Shown one piece after another: positions 22,227-32,087 of a stretch of DNA of 64,000 bases. The position numbers and the translations under genes were made by a program. Under the pieces are notes generated by a model that saw only the letters and a program-made list of their open reading frames with translations, did not search any database and was not told the origin of the DNA. Every line of letters begins with the position of its first letter. The first letter of the stretch is position 1. The DNA is from an uncultured Actinomycetota bacterium (GTDB lineage: Bacteria; Actinomycetota; Actinomycetes; Mycobacteriales; Mycobacteriaceae): NCBI GenBank assembly GCA_963716465.1, contig CAVQTS010000010.1, positions 2,657 to 66,656 on the forward strand. The letters are read 5' to 3'.

Positions 22227-23483
22227 ATGTTCGAATTATTGTTGGATATCGACACCGGTGCCGATGAGTCGGCGCTGGTCGAGCGCATCGCCGCCCTCGA
22301 GCGGCTCAAGGCCGCGGCCGCGGCGGGGCAGGCGCGGCTGGCGGCCGCTCTGGACCAGGCGCGTCGGTCCGCCGAGGCGGCGGCCGGTGTTCCGGCCGCC
22401 CGACGCGGGCGAGGGGTGGCCACCGAGGTGGCTTTGGCGCGGCGGGACTCACCCGCTCGCGGTGGACGGCACCTGGGGTTCGCGAAGGCACTCGTTAACG
22501 AGATGCCTCACACCCTGGCCGCACTGGAGGACGGCGTGCTGTCGGAATGGCGCGCCACCATCGTGGTGCGGGAGTCCGCCTGCCTGGACGTCGAGGATCG
22601 CGGACGGCTGGACGCCGAACTGTGTTCGGGCCCGGCCGCGCTGGAGGGCCTCGGCGATGCGGCGTTGGCGGCGGCGGCCAAGGCGATCGCCTACCGGCTG
22701 GATCCGCATGCGGTGGTCGACCGTGCCGCCAAGGCGGAATCCGAGCGGACGGTGACCATCCGCCCGGCGCCCGACACGATGACCTATGTGACGGCACTGC
22801 TGCCGGTCGCGCAGGGGGTGTCGGTGTACGCGGCGCTCAAGCGGGAAGCCGACGTCTGCTTCGACGGGCGTTCTCGCGGCCAGGTGCTGGCCGACACTCT
22901 CGTCGAGCGGGTGACCGGCCGGCCGGCCGGCCAGGCTGTCCCGGTCACGGTCAACGTGGTGATCTCCGACCAGGCGCTCTTCGGGGTGGAGTCGGCATCG
23001 GCGGCGATCATGGGTTACGGCTCGGTGCCCTCGACGGTAGCGCAGAAGTTGGTCATCGACGCCGTCGCCGACGGGCGGTCGCGGGCCGCGCTGCGCCGGT
23101 TGTATGCCAGACCGGGCAGTGGAGCGCTGGTGGCCATGGACTCACGGTCGCGGCTGTTCCCCAAGGGCCTGGCCGACTTCATCGAGCTGCGCGACCAGCG
23201 CTGCCGGATGCCGTACTGCGACGCGCCCGTCCGGCACCGCGACCATGCCCAACCGCATCGCCGAGGCGGCTCCACCAGCGCGCTAAACGGCCTGGGCACG
23301 TGCGAAGCGTGCAACTACGCGAAGGAGGCGGCGGGCTGGAAGGTGGCGACGAGTATCAGCGAAAGCGGCAGGCACACAGCTGAATTCACCACACCGACCG
23401 GGTCTAACTACCAGTCAGTAGCACCGCCGGTGCCAGGCACAGCACCCGCGGCCGGAGAGTTCGAGGAGCTGAGCGTCGCCTGA
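22227..23483 (+). CDS. DUF222 + HNH endonuclease (REP13E12-type repeat element protein)
   Basis: MFE start, VTIRPAPDTMTY, RDQRCRMPYCDAP...DH...G...CEACN. Confidence 0.88.
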   Translation: MFELLLDIDTGADESALVERIAALERLKAAAAAGQARLAAALDQARRSAEAAAGVPAARRGRGVATEVALARRDSPARGGRHLGFAKALVNEMPHTLAALEDGVLSEWRATIVVRESACLDVEDRGRLDAELCSGPAALEGLGDAALAAAAKAIAYRLDPHAVVDRAAKAESERTVTIRPAPDTMTYVTALLPVAQGVSVYAALKREADVCFDGRSRGQVLADTLVERVTGRPAGQAVPVTVNVVISDQALFGVESASAAIMGYGSVPSTVAQKLVIDAVADGRSRAALRRLYARPGSGALVAMDSRSRLFPKGLADFIELRDQRCRMPYCDAPVRHRDHAQPHRRGGSTSALNGLGTCEACNYAKEAAGWKVATSISESGRHTAEFTTPTGSNYQSVAPPVPGTAPAAGEFEELSVA

Positions 23484-23485
23484 GC

Positions 23486-24232
23486 TCACTTCTGCCGGGC
23501 GGCAGCCAGCCGGGCCTTGAACTCCGGTGACTCGATCGACGCGGCCTGCGGGCCGAGCTCGATGTTCTTGGCGGCCTCGTGATGGTCAGTGTCGAAGAAG
23601 CCGGGGACAGCGGTGGCGCGCATCGACGCCTTGGTGGCCAGCACCACGTCGCGCGGCGCCGACGCGGGAGCTGCCGCGAGTTCGAGGGCCGCGGCCACCG
23701 GATCCTCGGCGACGCGCAGGGCCAAGCCGTGCCGCACGGCGGACTCGGCGTCGAAGCGCATGCCGAACAGCAGGGCCGCGCGGGCGACCTGCGGTCCGAC
23801 CGCGCGTTGCAACATCCAGGTGGCCCCGCCGCCGGGGTGGATGCCGAGCTTCTGGAAGCGCGGGTCGAACATCGCGTAGGGACCGGCGATGCGCACGTCG
23901 GCAGCCAGGGCAAGGTTGAGGCCGGCGCCGACCGCGGCGCCGTTGACCGCCGCGATGGTCGGCAGGGTGCAGCGGCCGACGGCCATGAAGCCCGCGTAGA
24001 TGCGTTCGAGGCCCTCGGTGGCGGCGGCGCCGAGCGCGGACAGGTCGGCGCCTGCGCAGAACGCCTTGCCGGCGCCGGTCACCACGACGGCGTGCGCCTC
24101 GGCCTCGGCGGCCTCGACGGCGGACCGCAGCTGCTGCGACATCGCGTCGGTGACCGCATTGCGGCGGTCCGGATCGTTGACGGTGATCAGCGCGACGCGA
24201 TCGCGGACTTCATAGAGAACCAAATCAGCCAC
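23486..24232 (-). CDS. echA14: enoyl-CoA hydratase
   Basis: [37 protein letters not shown]; synteny. Confidence 0.88.
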   Translation of the reverse strand: MADLVLYEVRDRVALITVNDPDRRNAVTDAMSQQLRSAVEAAEAEAHAVVVTGAGKAFCAGADLSALGAAATEGLERIYAGFMAVGRCTLPTIAAVNGAAVGAGLNLALAADVRIAGPYAMFDPRFQKLGIHPGGGATWMLQRAVGPQVARAALLFGMRFDAESAVRHGLALRVAEDPVAAALELAAAPASAPRDVVLATKASMRATAVPGFFDTDHHEAAKNIELGPQAASIESPEFKARLAAARQK

Positions 24233-24429
24233 AACCGAGAGGCTAACAATCATCGCCCCTTCGATGTTGGGGCGGTTGCCGGGCAGGGCGGCGGCACGAC
24301 GGTGCCACGCCAGCTCCTGAATTTCTGGTGTCAATTTGGCTAAACGCACCCATATTTACGGAGGCGCAGATTTGATGAATCCGATTGAATTGAGCGGCGC
24401 GTTTCGGTGCCTGTCAGAAGGGACGTTGG

Positions 24430-25089
24430 ATGGCCACGATCGATGCAGAACCCTTCCCCCTGGACTTCGATGTCGACAGCACCGCGCTGCTCATCATCGA
24501 CATGCAGCGCGATTTCGTGCTGCCCGGCGGCTTCGGTGAAGCCCTGGGCAACGACACCTCGCTGCTGCTCGCCGCCGTCGAGCCCATCCAGCGGGTGCTC
24601 GAACGTGCTCGCGACATCGGCATGTTCGTGATCCACACCCGCGAAGGCCACCGGCCGGACCTCACCGACTGTCCAGCGGCGAAACTCACCCGCGGCGGTA
24701 AGACCTTCATCGGCGAGGACGGCCCGATGGGCCGCATCCTGGTCCGCGGCGAGCAGGGCCACGACATCATCCACCAGCTGTATCCCATCGAGGGCGAACC
24801 GGTGATCGACAAGCCGGGCAAGGGCTCGTTCCACGCCACCGACCTGCAACAGATCCTCTTCGATCGCGGCATCAAGACGCTCGTGGTGTGCGGCGTGACG
24901 CTCGAGGTCTGCGTCCACACCACCGTGCGCGAGGCCAACGACCGAGGCTACGAGTGCGTGGTCCTGTCCGACTGTGTGGCCTCCTACTTCCCGGAGTTCC
25001 AGCGAGTCGGCCTGGAGATGATCAAGGCCCAGGGCGCGATCTTCGGCTGGGTGTCGGATTCCGAGCGCTTCCTGGCCGCCACGTCCTAG
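24430..25089 (+). CDS. isochorismatase-like cysteine hydrolase of the TrtA/BiuH group, TrtA (triuret hydrolase)-type signature
   Basis: D-K-C triad ([20 protein letters not shown]) plus [24 protein letters not shown]. From memory these match TrtA rather than BiuH (GGYVDHMGYD, DVCV, GATDYGNH, QGGVFG). Confidence 0.8.
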   Translation: MATIDAEPFPLDFDVDSTALLIIDMQRDFVLPGGFGEALGNDTSLLLAAVEPIQRVLERARDIGMFVIHTREGHRPDLTDCPAAKLTRGGKTFIGEDGPMGRILVRGEQGHDIIHQLYPIEGEPVIDKPGKGSFHATDLQQILFDRGIKTLVVCGVTLEVCVHTTVREANDRGYECVVLSDCVASYFPEFQRVGLEMIKAQGAIFGWVSDSERFLAATS

Positions 25090-25153
25090 CAACCGCGCGC
25101 CGAAGGGGGTTGTCGGCGAACGGATTCGTCCTCTCTGAGCAGAAGGCCACAGC

Positions 25154-26716
25154 ATGAGCACCAACTCGCGTTTCTACCCCAACCTCTACAAGGACTCCGT
25201 GTCCTTGATGACGGTCTCGGCACAGGTGACGTCCATACCGGGCATCGAAGCAGCGTCGGTGGTGATGGCCTCGGCCACCAACGTCGACAACCTCGCCCAA
25301 GCCGGACTGGGCACCTTCGACGTCCGGCCCAACGACCTGGTGGTCGCCGTCTCCGGCACCGACGAGGCCTGCGAGGAAGCTCTGGCGCTGGCCGACCAAC
25401 TGCTCTCCGCGGCACCCGGTGGCGGGGGCGAGGAGACCAGCGCGGCCGCGCCGACCACCAGCATCCAGATGGCCGTCACCAAGGACCCCGCTCTGAACCT
25501 CGCCTTGGTGTCGGTGCCCGGCGACTACGCCGCGGCCGAGGCCATGAAGGCGCTGCGGCTGGGCCTGGACGTGATGATCTTCAGCGACAACGTGACTCCC
25601 GACGCGGAACTGGCGCTCAAGGAGTACGCCCGCGAGGTCGACCTGATGGTCATGGGGCCCGACTGCGGGACCTCAATCGTCAACGGCATCCCGCTCGGCT
25701 TCGCCAACGTGGTGCGCCGCGGACCGATCGGGGTGGTCGGAGCGTCCGGAACCGGCACCCAGGAGGTCACCGTCCGGGTCCACCAGAACGGATCGGGGAT
25801 CTCCCAGGCTCTCGGCACCGGCGGACACGACCTGGCCGACGCCATCGGCGGCATCTCGATGCTGCACGGCCTGGCCGCCCTCGACGGCGACCCGGGCACC
25901 TCGGTGATCGTGCTGGTGTCCAAACCCCCGTCACCGGACGTCGCCGCCAAGGTGCTCTCGGCCGCCGAGGCCAGCGACAAGCCGGTCGTCGTCATCTTCC
26001 TCGGCGCCGATCCCGCCTCGATCACCCGCAACGGCGTCTACGGTGCGGCCTACCTGGCGCAGGCCGCGGACATGGCGGTGGAGTTGGCCCGCGGCGAAGA
26101 GCCGCACTCCGGTGAGATCACCGTCTCGAACGAAATGCGGCGCACGCTCAAGGATCTCGCCCGGTCGATGGCCCCGAGTCAACGTCATGTGCGCGGCATC
26201 TTCTCCGGCGGCACGTTCTGTTACGAGGCCCAGCTGGTGCATCGCGCCCGAGGCATCTCCGCCTACTCCAACACCCCGGTGAAAGGCAACAGCGCGCTGG
26301 ACGACATCCGCAAGAGCCTGGAGAACACCATCGTCGACATGGGTGACGATGAATTCACCCAGGGCAGACCGCATCCCATGATCGACCCGTCCCAGAAGGA
26401 CGCCCGCATCCGCGACGAAATCGCCGACCCCACAACGGCTGTCGTGCTGTTCGACGTGGTGCTGGGTTACGGATCCGCCGATGACCCGACGGCGGAACTG
26501 ATCTCGATCATCGGGTCGTCGAAGGCCAAGGCCCGCGCCGCGGGCAGAAACGTGGCGTTCATCGGTTACGTCTGCGGCACCGATCTGGACCCGCAGGACC
26601 GCGCGAAAGCCGTGGCCGGCCTCAAGTCGGCCGGTGTGCTGGTCGCCTCGAGCAACGCCGAGGCTGCCGTCTGGTCGGCGGCGCTGATCGCCGAGCGAGA
26701 AGGAGTCGGCAAGTGA
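25154..26716 (+). CDS. fdrA: FdrA/AllF/YahF-like acyl-CoA-synthetase-fold protein
   Basis: YKDSVSLM, ALVSVPGDYAAAEA, MGPDCGT, IGVVGASGTG, DMGDDEFTQGRPHPMIDP. Confidence 0.9.
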   Translation: MSTNSRFYPNLYKDSVSLMTVSAQVTSIPGIEAASVVMASATNVDNLAQAGLGTFDVRPNDLVVAVSGTDEACEEALALADQLLSAAPGGGGEETSAAAPTTSIQMAVTKDPALNLALVSVPGDYAAAEAMKALRLGLDVMIFSDNVTPDAELALKEYAREVDLMVMGPDCGTSIVNGIPLGFANVVRRGPIGVVGASGTGTQEVTVRVHQNGSGISQALGTGGHDLADAIGGISMLHGLAALDGDPGTSVIVLVSKPPSPDVAAKVLSAAEASDKPVVVIFLGADPASITRNGVYGAAYLAQAADMAVELARGEEPHSGEITVSNEMRRTLKDLARSMAPSQRHVRGIFSGGTFCYEAQLVHRARGISAYSNTPVKGNSALDDIRKSLENTIVDMGDDEFTQGRPHPMIDPSQKDARIRDEIADPTTAVVLFDVVLGYGSADDPTAELISIIGSSKAKARAAGRNVAFIGYVCGTDLDPQDRAKAVAGLKSAGVLVASSNAEAAVWSAALIAEREGVGK

Positions 26717-28131
26717 AGAAGCTCTTCGAAGAAGACCTCAAGGTCGTCAACATCGGCCTGCAGGGATTCGCCAACAACATCACCGCGGCAGGTGGTCAGG
26801 TCACCAACATCACCTGGGCCCCGCCCGCGGGCGCCGACGCGGCGCTGGGCTGGACGCTGGCCAACCTGGTGGGCGACCCCCGCATCGCGGAGGCCAACCG
26901 GGTTGCCTACGACCGCTACCTCGGCGCGCAGCCACGACTGGTCGACCTCGTCCGCGCCACCGAGGCGATCCCCGGACTTGGACCGGGGGAGCGCCGCATC
27001 CTGCATTCGGGGCCGCCGATCGCCTGGCCCGACATGTGCGGCCCGCAACGCGGGGCGATCGCGGGCGCCATCCTCTACGAGGGCTGGGCCGACGATCTCG
27101 AAGCCGCTGAGAAGCTCGCCGAAAGCGGTGCGGTGGCGCTGGATCCGTGCCACGAGCACGGCGCCGTCGGACCGATGGCCGGCATCATCAGCCCGTCGAT
27201 GCCGGTGTGGGTGGTGGAGAACACCGCGGCGGGAAACCGTGCCTACTGCAACCTCAACGAAGGTCTGGGCAAGGTGCTGCGGTTCGGCGCCAACTCCCCG
27301 GAGGTGCTGGACCGGCTGCGCTGGCTGGGTAGCGACTTCTTCGAGACCATGCAGGTCGCGGTGCGCGGGCTGGCCGACCCCGACCTCAAACCACTGATGG
27401 CGCAAGCGCTGCACATGGGCGACGAGCTGCACAACCGCAACGCCGCAGCCTCGGCGCTGCTGTTCAAGCGGCTGACCTTGTCGCTCCTGGCCTCGGACCT
27501 GCCCGCCGACGCGGTGCGCCGGGCGCTGGAGTTCGTCGCCGGCAACGACCACTTCTTCCTCAACGTGTCGATGGCGGCGTGTAAGTCGATGACCGACGCC
27601 GCCGCCGGCGTGGCGGGCAGCAGCATGGTGACGGTGATGGCCCGCAACGGGGTGAACTTCGGCATCAAGCTCAGCGGAACGGGTGACCAGTGGTTCCAGG
27701 CACCTGCCAATCCCGTTGACGGCCTGTACTTCCCGGGTTACACGGTCGAGGACGCGGCGGCCGACCTGGGAGACTCGGCGATCACCGAGACCAACGGCCT
27801 GGGCGGGTTCGCGATGGCCGCGTCACCGGCGATCGTGCAGTTCGTCGGTGGCACACCCGCCGACGCGACGGCCAACAGCCGCCGGATGCTGAGCATCACC
27901 CTCGGCGCCAACCCGGCATTCACGTTGCCGCCGTTGAACTTCGGCGGAACCCCGGCGGGCATCGACGCCCGGCTGGTGGTGGACTCCGGGGTGTTGCCGA
28001 TCATCAACACCGGTATCGCTCACCGGCTGGCCGGCGTCGGGCAGATCGGCGCCGGCATCACCACCGCCCCGATGGAGTGTTTCAACGAAGCGCTCGCGGC
28101 GCTGGCCGCCGACCTGGGAGCGGGCAAGTGA
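26713..28131 (+). CDS. DUF1116 (YlbE/AllG/YahG-like) protein
   Basis: LHSGPPI.W..MCGPQRGA, MGDELHNRN, GNDHFFLN, DLGDSAITE, INTGIAH. Confidence 0.9.
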   Translation: MKKLFEEDLKVVNIGLQGFANNITAAGGQVTNITWAPPAGADAALGWTLANLVGDPRIAEANRVAYDRYLGAQPRLVDLVRATEAIPGLGPGERRILHSGPPIAWPDMCGPQRGAIAGAILYEGWADDLEAAEKLAESGAVALDPCHEHGAVGPMAGIISPSMPVWVVENTAAGNRAYCNLNEGLGKVLRFGANSPEVLDRLRWLGSDFFETMQVAVRGLADPDLKPLMAQALHMGDELHNRNAAASALLFKRLTLSLLASDLPADAVRRALEFVAGNDHFFLNVSMAACKSMTDAAAGVAGSSMVTVMARNGVNFGIKLSGTGDQWFQAPANPVDGLYFPGYTVEDAAADLGDSAITETNGLGGFAMAASPAIVQFVGGTPADATANSRRMLSITLGANPAFTLPPLNFGGTPAGIDARLVVDSGVLPIINTGIAHRLAGVGQIGAGITTAPMECFNEALAALAADLGAGK

Positions 28132-29501
28132 GCACCGCGATCGTGGCCTTCGGCGGCAACGCACTGGTCACCGACGCCGAGCACGATTCGATCCCGCAGC
28201 AGTACGAGACCGTCAGCCGCACGGTGCCGCCGCTGATCGACATGGTCGAGCAGGGTTGGAAACTCGTTGTCTCCCACGGCAATGGACCCCAGGTGGGATT
28301 CATTCTGCGCCGCTCCGAGCTCGCCGAGGACGAGGTGGATCCCGTCCCGGTCGACTACGCCGTCGCCGACACCCAGGGCGCGATCGGCTACATGTTCGTC
28401 AAGGCGTTGCGCAACGAGCTCGCCCGGCGCGGGTTGTCCCGGCCCGTCGTGGCGGTGGTCACCCACTCTGTGGTGAGCCTCGACGATCCCGCGTTCCAGA
28501 ACCCGACCAAACCGGTCGGGTCCTTCCTCGAGGAGGCCAAGGCCAAGGAGATGGCGGCCACGCTCGGCTGGACCATCGCCGAGGACGCCGGGCGTGGATG
28601 GCGCCGTACGGTCGCTTCGCCACAACCCACCGAGATTCTTGAGACCGACCTGATCCGAAGTCTGCTCGACGACGGGGCGATCGTGGTGGCGGTCGGCGGT
28701 GGCGGCATCCCGGTCGCGGTGGAATCCGACGGGACCGTGGTCGGCGTGGAAGCCGTGGTGGACAAGGACCTTGCCTCCGGTCTGCTGGCCCACGACCTGG
28801 GCGCCGACCTGCTGATGATCCCCACCGGCGTGCCGCGGGTCGCCATCGGCTTCGGCACCCCCGAGGAGAAGTGGCTGGACTCGATCACCGTCGAGGAGGC
28901 CCGCGACTACATCGCCTCCGGCCAGTTCGGCAAAGGCTCGATGGAACCCAAGGTCGAGGCCGTCGCCGACTTCGTCGCCACGACGCCGGGTGCCACCGGC
29001 GTCATCGGTGCCGCCGAGGAGATCCCGGCGATCCTGGCCGGAACATCCGGAACCCGGATCGTCGGCGACAGCGCAGCCGCCAAACCGGCTGCGCAGCACA
29101 CCGATAGCGGGGCAGTGCTGTTGGCGGTCAACGGCACCTTGATGCGCGGGCTGAAACTCTCGCCGAACATGGCGGCCGCAGGCGCCTCGTTCGTCCGGGA
29201 GATTACCACCGAACCGGTCTACCGGATCTGGACCGTCAACGACGACCACCCCGCGATGATTCGGGTAACCGACGGCTCGGGAGTGGCTGTCGCCGTTGAG
29301 GTCTGGTCGGTCCCGGCCGCGGGTCTGGCCGGAATCCTGCTCAACGAGCCCCCGGGGCTGTCGATCGGCAAGGTCAACCTCGCCGACGGATCGACGGTGC
29401 TCGGCGTGATCGCAGAGCCGGCCCTCGTCGAAGGCCAACGCGAAATCAGTCACCACGGCGGTTGGCGGGCTTACACCGCCGCGGAGGGAGTTTCGTCATG
29501 A
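28128..29501 (+). CDS. carbamate kinase fused to an allophanate-hydrolase C-terminal-like domain
   Basis: N-part AFGGNAL, SHGNGPQVG, ADTQGAIGY, GGGGIPV, VVDKDLAS, GSMEPKV. C-part of about 130 aa: LAVNGTLMRG...YRIW...VEVW..P...IGKVNLADG...ISHHGGWRAY. Confidence 0.88.
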   Translation: MSTAIVAFGGNALVTDAEHDSIPQQYETVSRTVPPLIDMVEQGWKLVVSHGNGPQVGFILRRSELAEDEVDPVPVDYAVADTQGAIGYMFVKALRNELARRGLSRPVVAVVTHSVVSLDDPAFQNPTKPVGSFLEEAKAKEMAATLGWTIAEDAGRGWRRTVASPQPTEILETDLIRSLLDDGAIVVAVGGGGIPVAVESDGTVVGVEAVVDKDLASGLLAHDLGADLLMIPTGVPRVAIGFGTPEEKWLDSITVEEARDYIASGQFGKGSMEPKVEAVADFVATTPGATGVIGAAEEIPAILAGTSGTRIVGDSAAAKPAAQHTDSGAVLLAVNGTLMRGLKLSPNMAAAGASFVREITTEPVYRIWTVNDDHPAMIRVTDGSGVAVAVEVWSVPAAGLAGILLNEPPGLSIGKVNLADGSTVLGVIAEPALVEGQREISHHGGWRAYTAAEGVSS

Positions 29502-30445
29502 CCATCATGGGCAAGAACGTGTTGCCCGAAGCGCAACTCGGCAGCCTTCCGTTCTGGCGGCAGTACCTGAGGGGCTTCTCGCAGTGCGCGTTTCAGGCCA
29601 ACGAGATCACCGGCCTGCTCTTCGTCATCGGGGTGCTGACCTATGACTGGCGCATGGCGGTGTTCTACGTCATCTCGGTGCTCATCGCGACCGTTGTGGC
29701 GCGGCTGCTCAAGGCCGACCGCACGCTACTGGATCTCGGGCTGTTCGGTTTCAACTCCGGCCTGATGGGCCTGGCTATGGGCAACTTCTACCAACCTGGC
29801 ATAGCGCTGTGGGTGTGGGTGATAGTGCTGGCCGCCGTGGTCGCCGTGGTCGCGGTCGCGATGTCCAAGTTGCTGCCGTTCCCGTTCCTGGCGGCGCCTT
29901 TCATCGTGACCTTCTGGCTCATCTGGTTCATCGCCGACGCCCGCCCGGAACTGGTCAAGCTCGACTTCGGACCGTGGCCGGTGGAGAACGTGCGGTGGGG
30001 CACCGCGCTGATCGACGCCTTGGGTGCAACATTGTTCGCACCGGCAATCCTGACCGGGGTGTTCTTCTTACTCGGTGTACTGGTCAGCAACTGGCGCCAC
30101 GCGGTGATCGCCGTGGTGGCCGCCTTCATCGCCGTCGCGATCGCCGCCCATGTCGGCACCGCGGGAGGGGCCATCAACACCGGGTTCGTCGGCTTCAACG
30201 CCGTGCTGGCCGCGCTGGGCGCCGCCGCTGTGCTGGATGGTGACCTGCGTCTGGCCATCCTGGCCGCACTACTGGGCACCTGGTTCTTCAGCTACATCAA
30301 TCGCAACGCACCGGTTCCGGCACTGGCGTCGGGATTCGTTCTCGCCGTCTGGGCGGTGATGGTGCTCGACTGGCTGCACCGGCGATTCGGCCCTGGGGCG
30401 CATCAGGATTCAGCGCCACCGGCAACCGAGTCGGTCAGCGCTTGA
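29498..30445 (+). CDS. urea transporter (UT-family channel)
   Basis: LRGFSQCAFQAN..TG, GLFGFNSGL and GFVGFNAVL internal repeat halves, PFLAAPF; about 10 TM. Confidence 0.85.
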   Translation: MTIMGKNVLPEAQLGSLPFWRQYLRGFSQCAFQANEITGLLFVIGVLTYDWRMAVFYVISVLIATVVARLLKADRTLLDLGLFGFNSGLMGLAMGNFYQPGIALWVWVIVLAAVVAVVAVAMSKLLPFPFLAAPFIVTFWLIWFIADARPELVKLDFGPWPVENVRWGTALIDALGATLFAPAILTGVFFLLGVLVSNWRHAVIAVVAAFIAVAIAAHVGTAGGAINTGFVGFNAVLAALGAAAVLDGDLRLAILAALLGTWFFSYINRNAPVPALASGFVLAVWAVMVLDWLHRRFGPGAHQDSAPPATESVSA

Positions 30446-30788
30446 GCGGGCTGTAGAAGACGATGCCATTGCCCTTGGTGTCGTAGACCACGGCGCGACG
30501 CTCGTGCGCGTCGTCATACGGGCCTTTGACGATGCCGCCGCCGCTTTCCTCCACGGCTTTGGCCGCGGCGTCGACGTCGGCGGTCTTGATGCCGACCACG
30601 ACCTGTCCCGGAATCGGATGGTCGATCTCGGTGGCGAGCGCCAGGGTGACCGGGCCACCGTCGAGTGCTGCGAAATGCGTTCCGTCCCGAAATTTCAGCG
30701 CCATTCCCAAGGTGTCGCTGTAGAACCGGATCGACTCGTCCAGGTCGTCAGTGGACAGGATGACCATCTTGACTTCGTGGTCGCTCAC
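30435..30788 (-). CDS. VOC/glyoxalase family protein
   Basis: DLDESIRFYSDTLG...DVDAAAKAVEESGG...AVVYDTKGN. Confidence 0.85.
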   Translation of the reverse strand: MSDHEVKMVILSTDDLDESIRFYSDTLGMALKFRDGTHFAALDGGPVTLALATEIDHPIPGQVVVGIKTADVDAAAKAVEESGGGIVKGPYDDAHERRAVVYDTKGNGIVFYSPLKR

Positions 30789-31022
30789 GGGTGCCTCCTC
30801 TGGCTGAATCCAGCGCCCTCGACAGGTTGGCTGGCAGCGCGATTGTAACGACTGCGTTCACGCGGGCCCCGAGGCGATGAACCCCGGACGGGTCGGCCGC
30901 GGGCTGGCGGTGAGTAGAAGCGTTTCCCACAGTCTGAAGTCCCTGCCCGGCCCCAGAATCAGCGCAATCGGCTCGGTTCCTTTAATCTCCTTGAATAGTC
31001 AATCGCTGACCACGGGGATCTG

Positions 31023-31745
31023 GTGATGGATAGCGACGGCCCGCGACGAGAGGCGGACGTAATGAGCACCGCCGGATCGGCACGTGGCGCGGCGCGCCGG
31101 ACGGTACTTGGCACACTGGTGTCCGCTTCAATAGCGACGGCAGTGAGCTCGGCCGGCGTTGCCGATGCTACGTGCACGTTGGTGCGCGGCACCGGCGCGG
31201 ACGCGCGGTGCAGCAGCGCCCCGTCCAGCTTCGCAGCCCCGCTCGACTCGAGATCGTCGGTGTCGGCCCAGGGCAGCCTGGACGGCACCGCCGCGGGTGC
31301 CAGCAGGAGTAATGCCGCCGCGGGTGTTTCGCCCAGCCCCAGCAACGTCGCCACCGCCAGCGCGGGCGGTAATCCTGTGATGGTCGCCGAGAGCATGTTG
31401 GGCACGGACCAGTTCGGCGCCTATGGCTGCGAAGATTTCGTCGACGCCGCCTATGGCCTCACCACCGCCACCGGCATTGGTCACGACGCGGCATTGTCCT
31501 TCTACCAGTCGCTGGCCGACCGCGGGCTCGACCATCACGAAATGCCCGTCCCGCGCGGTGCACTGGTGTTCTCGGCAGGTCCCGATGGGAACCATGTCGA
31601 CATCTCTCGGGGCGACGGCACGTATGTTTCCGGCGGCGTACAAGGACTTTCGCCCGGTTACGGGGACGGCCACGACGTGCAGATCCTGCCCAGCCCCAAC
31701 CTTGGCTCGTGGACGATGTACGGCTGGGTCTACCCCCCTTGGTAG
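31023..31745 (+). CDS. secreted protein with C-terminal NlpC/P60- or CHAP-like domain; start may be 31062
   Basis: RRTVLG signal, Ala/Ser linker, GCEDFV and NHVDIS as candidate Cys/His dyad, YGWVYP end. Confidence 0.55.
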   Translation: MMDSDGPRREADVMSTAGSARGAARRTVLGTLVSASIATAVSSAGVADATCTLVRGTGADARCSSAPSSFAAPLDSRSSVSAQGSLDGTAAGASRSNAAAGVSPSPSNVATASAGGNPVMVAESMLGTDQFGAYGCEDFVDAAYGLTTATGIGHDAALSFYQSLADRGLDHHEMPVPRGALVFSAGPDGNHVDISRGDGTYVSGGVQGLSPGYGDGHDVQILPSPNLGSWTMYGWVYPPW

Positions 31746-32087
31746 GACGGTGTCGGTAGGCGCGCCGGCGTGTATCCGGCGGGCTAGGGCCGCCTCGGTG
31801 GGGTCAAGGGACGTCGGACGACCAATGGACTGACCGCGGGCGCGGCGGGCCTTGCGGGCTGCGCGCGCCGCGCTCGGACGGTCAAATCATCACCAAGACG
31901 AACCCCGGTATCGCAATCAATGGCTTCCGGGTGGGTGGGGCCGGAAAGTAGGCCCAGCGCCTTGGCGTCTACTCACCGCGCAGCAGCAATACCGTGCGGC
32001 CGTCACGCGGCCCCTCATTCACCCGGGCCATGCGCAAGACGTGTCCGGTCACGGCAGCAGGAGCGCAGTCAGTCCTGGACCCTCGGA

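Noticed and set aside
22227-23483. DUF222-HNH gene as a novel nuclease system
   Set aside because: A common multicopy mycobacterial repeat family; nothing unusual in its surroundings.
24350-24429. Guanidine riboswitch or GlnR box upstream of the ureide operon
   Set aside because: No ACGR twin hairpins, no ykkC core and no clear GTNAC-N6-GNAAC match; only an AT-rich leader.
24430-25089. Calling the hydrolase biuret hydrolase BiuH
   Set aside because: It shares the triad and the KPGK and Q motifs, but the discriminating segments (GGFG.ALGND, EVC, SYFP, QGAI) fit TrtA as I recall it.
4236-29456. Many long antisense ORFs (e.g. 4236-5741, 14735-15844, 28020-29456)
   Set aside because: They mirror well-supported genes on the other strand, an expected artefact of high-GC codon usage.
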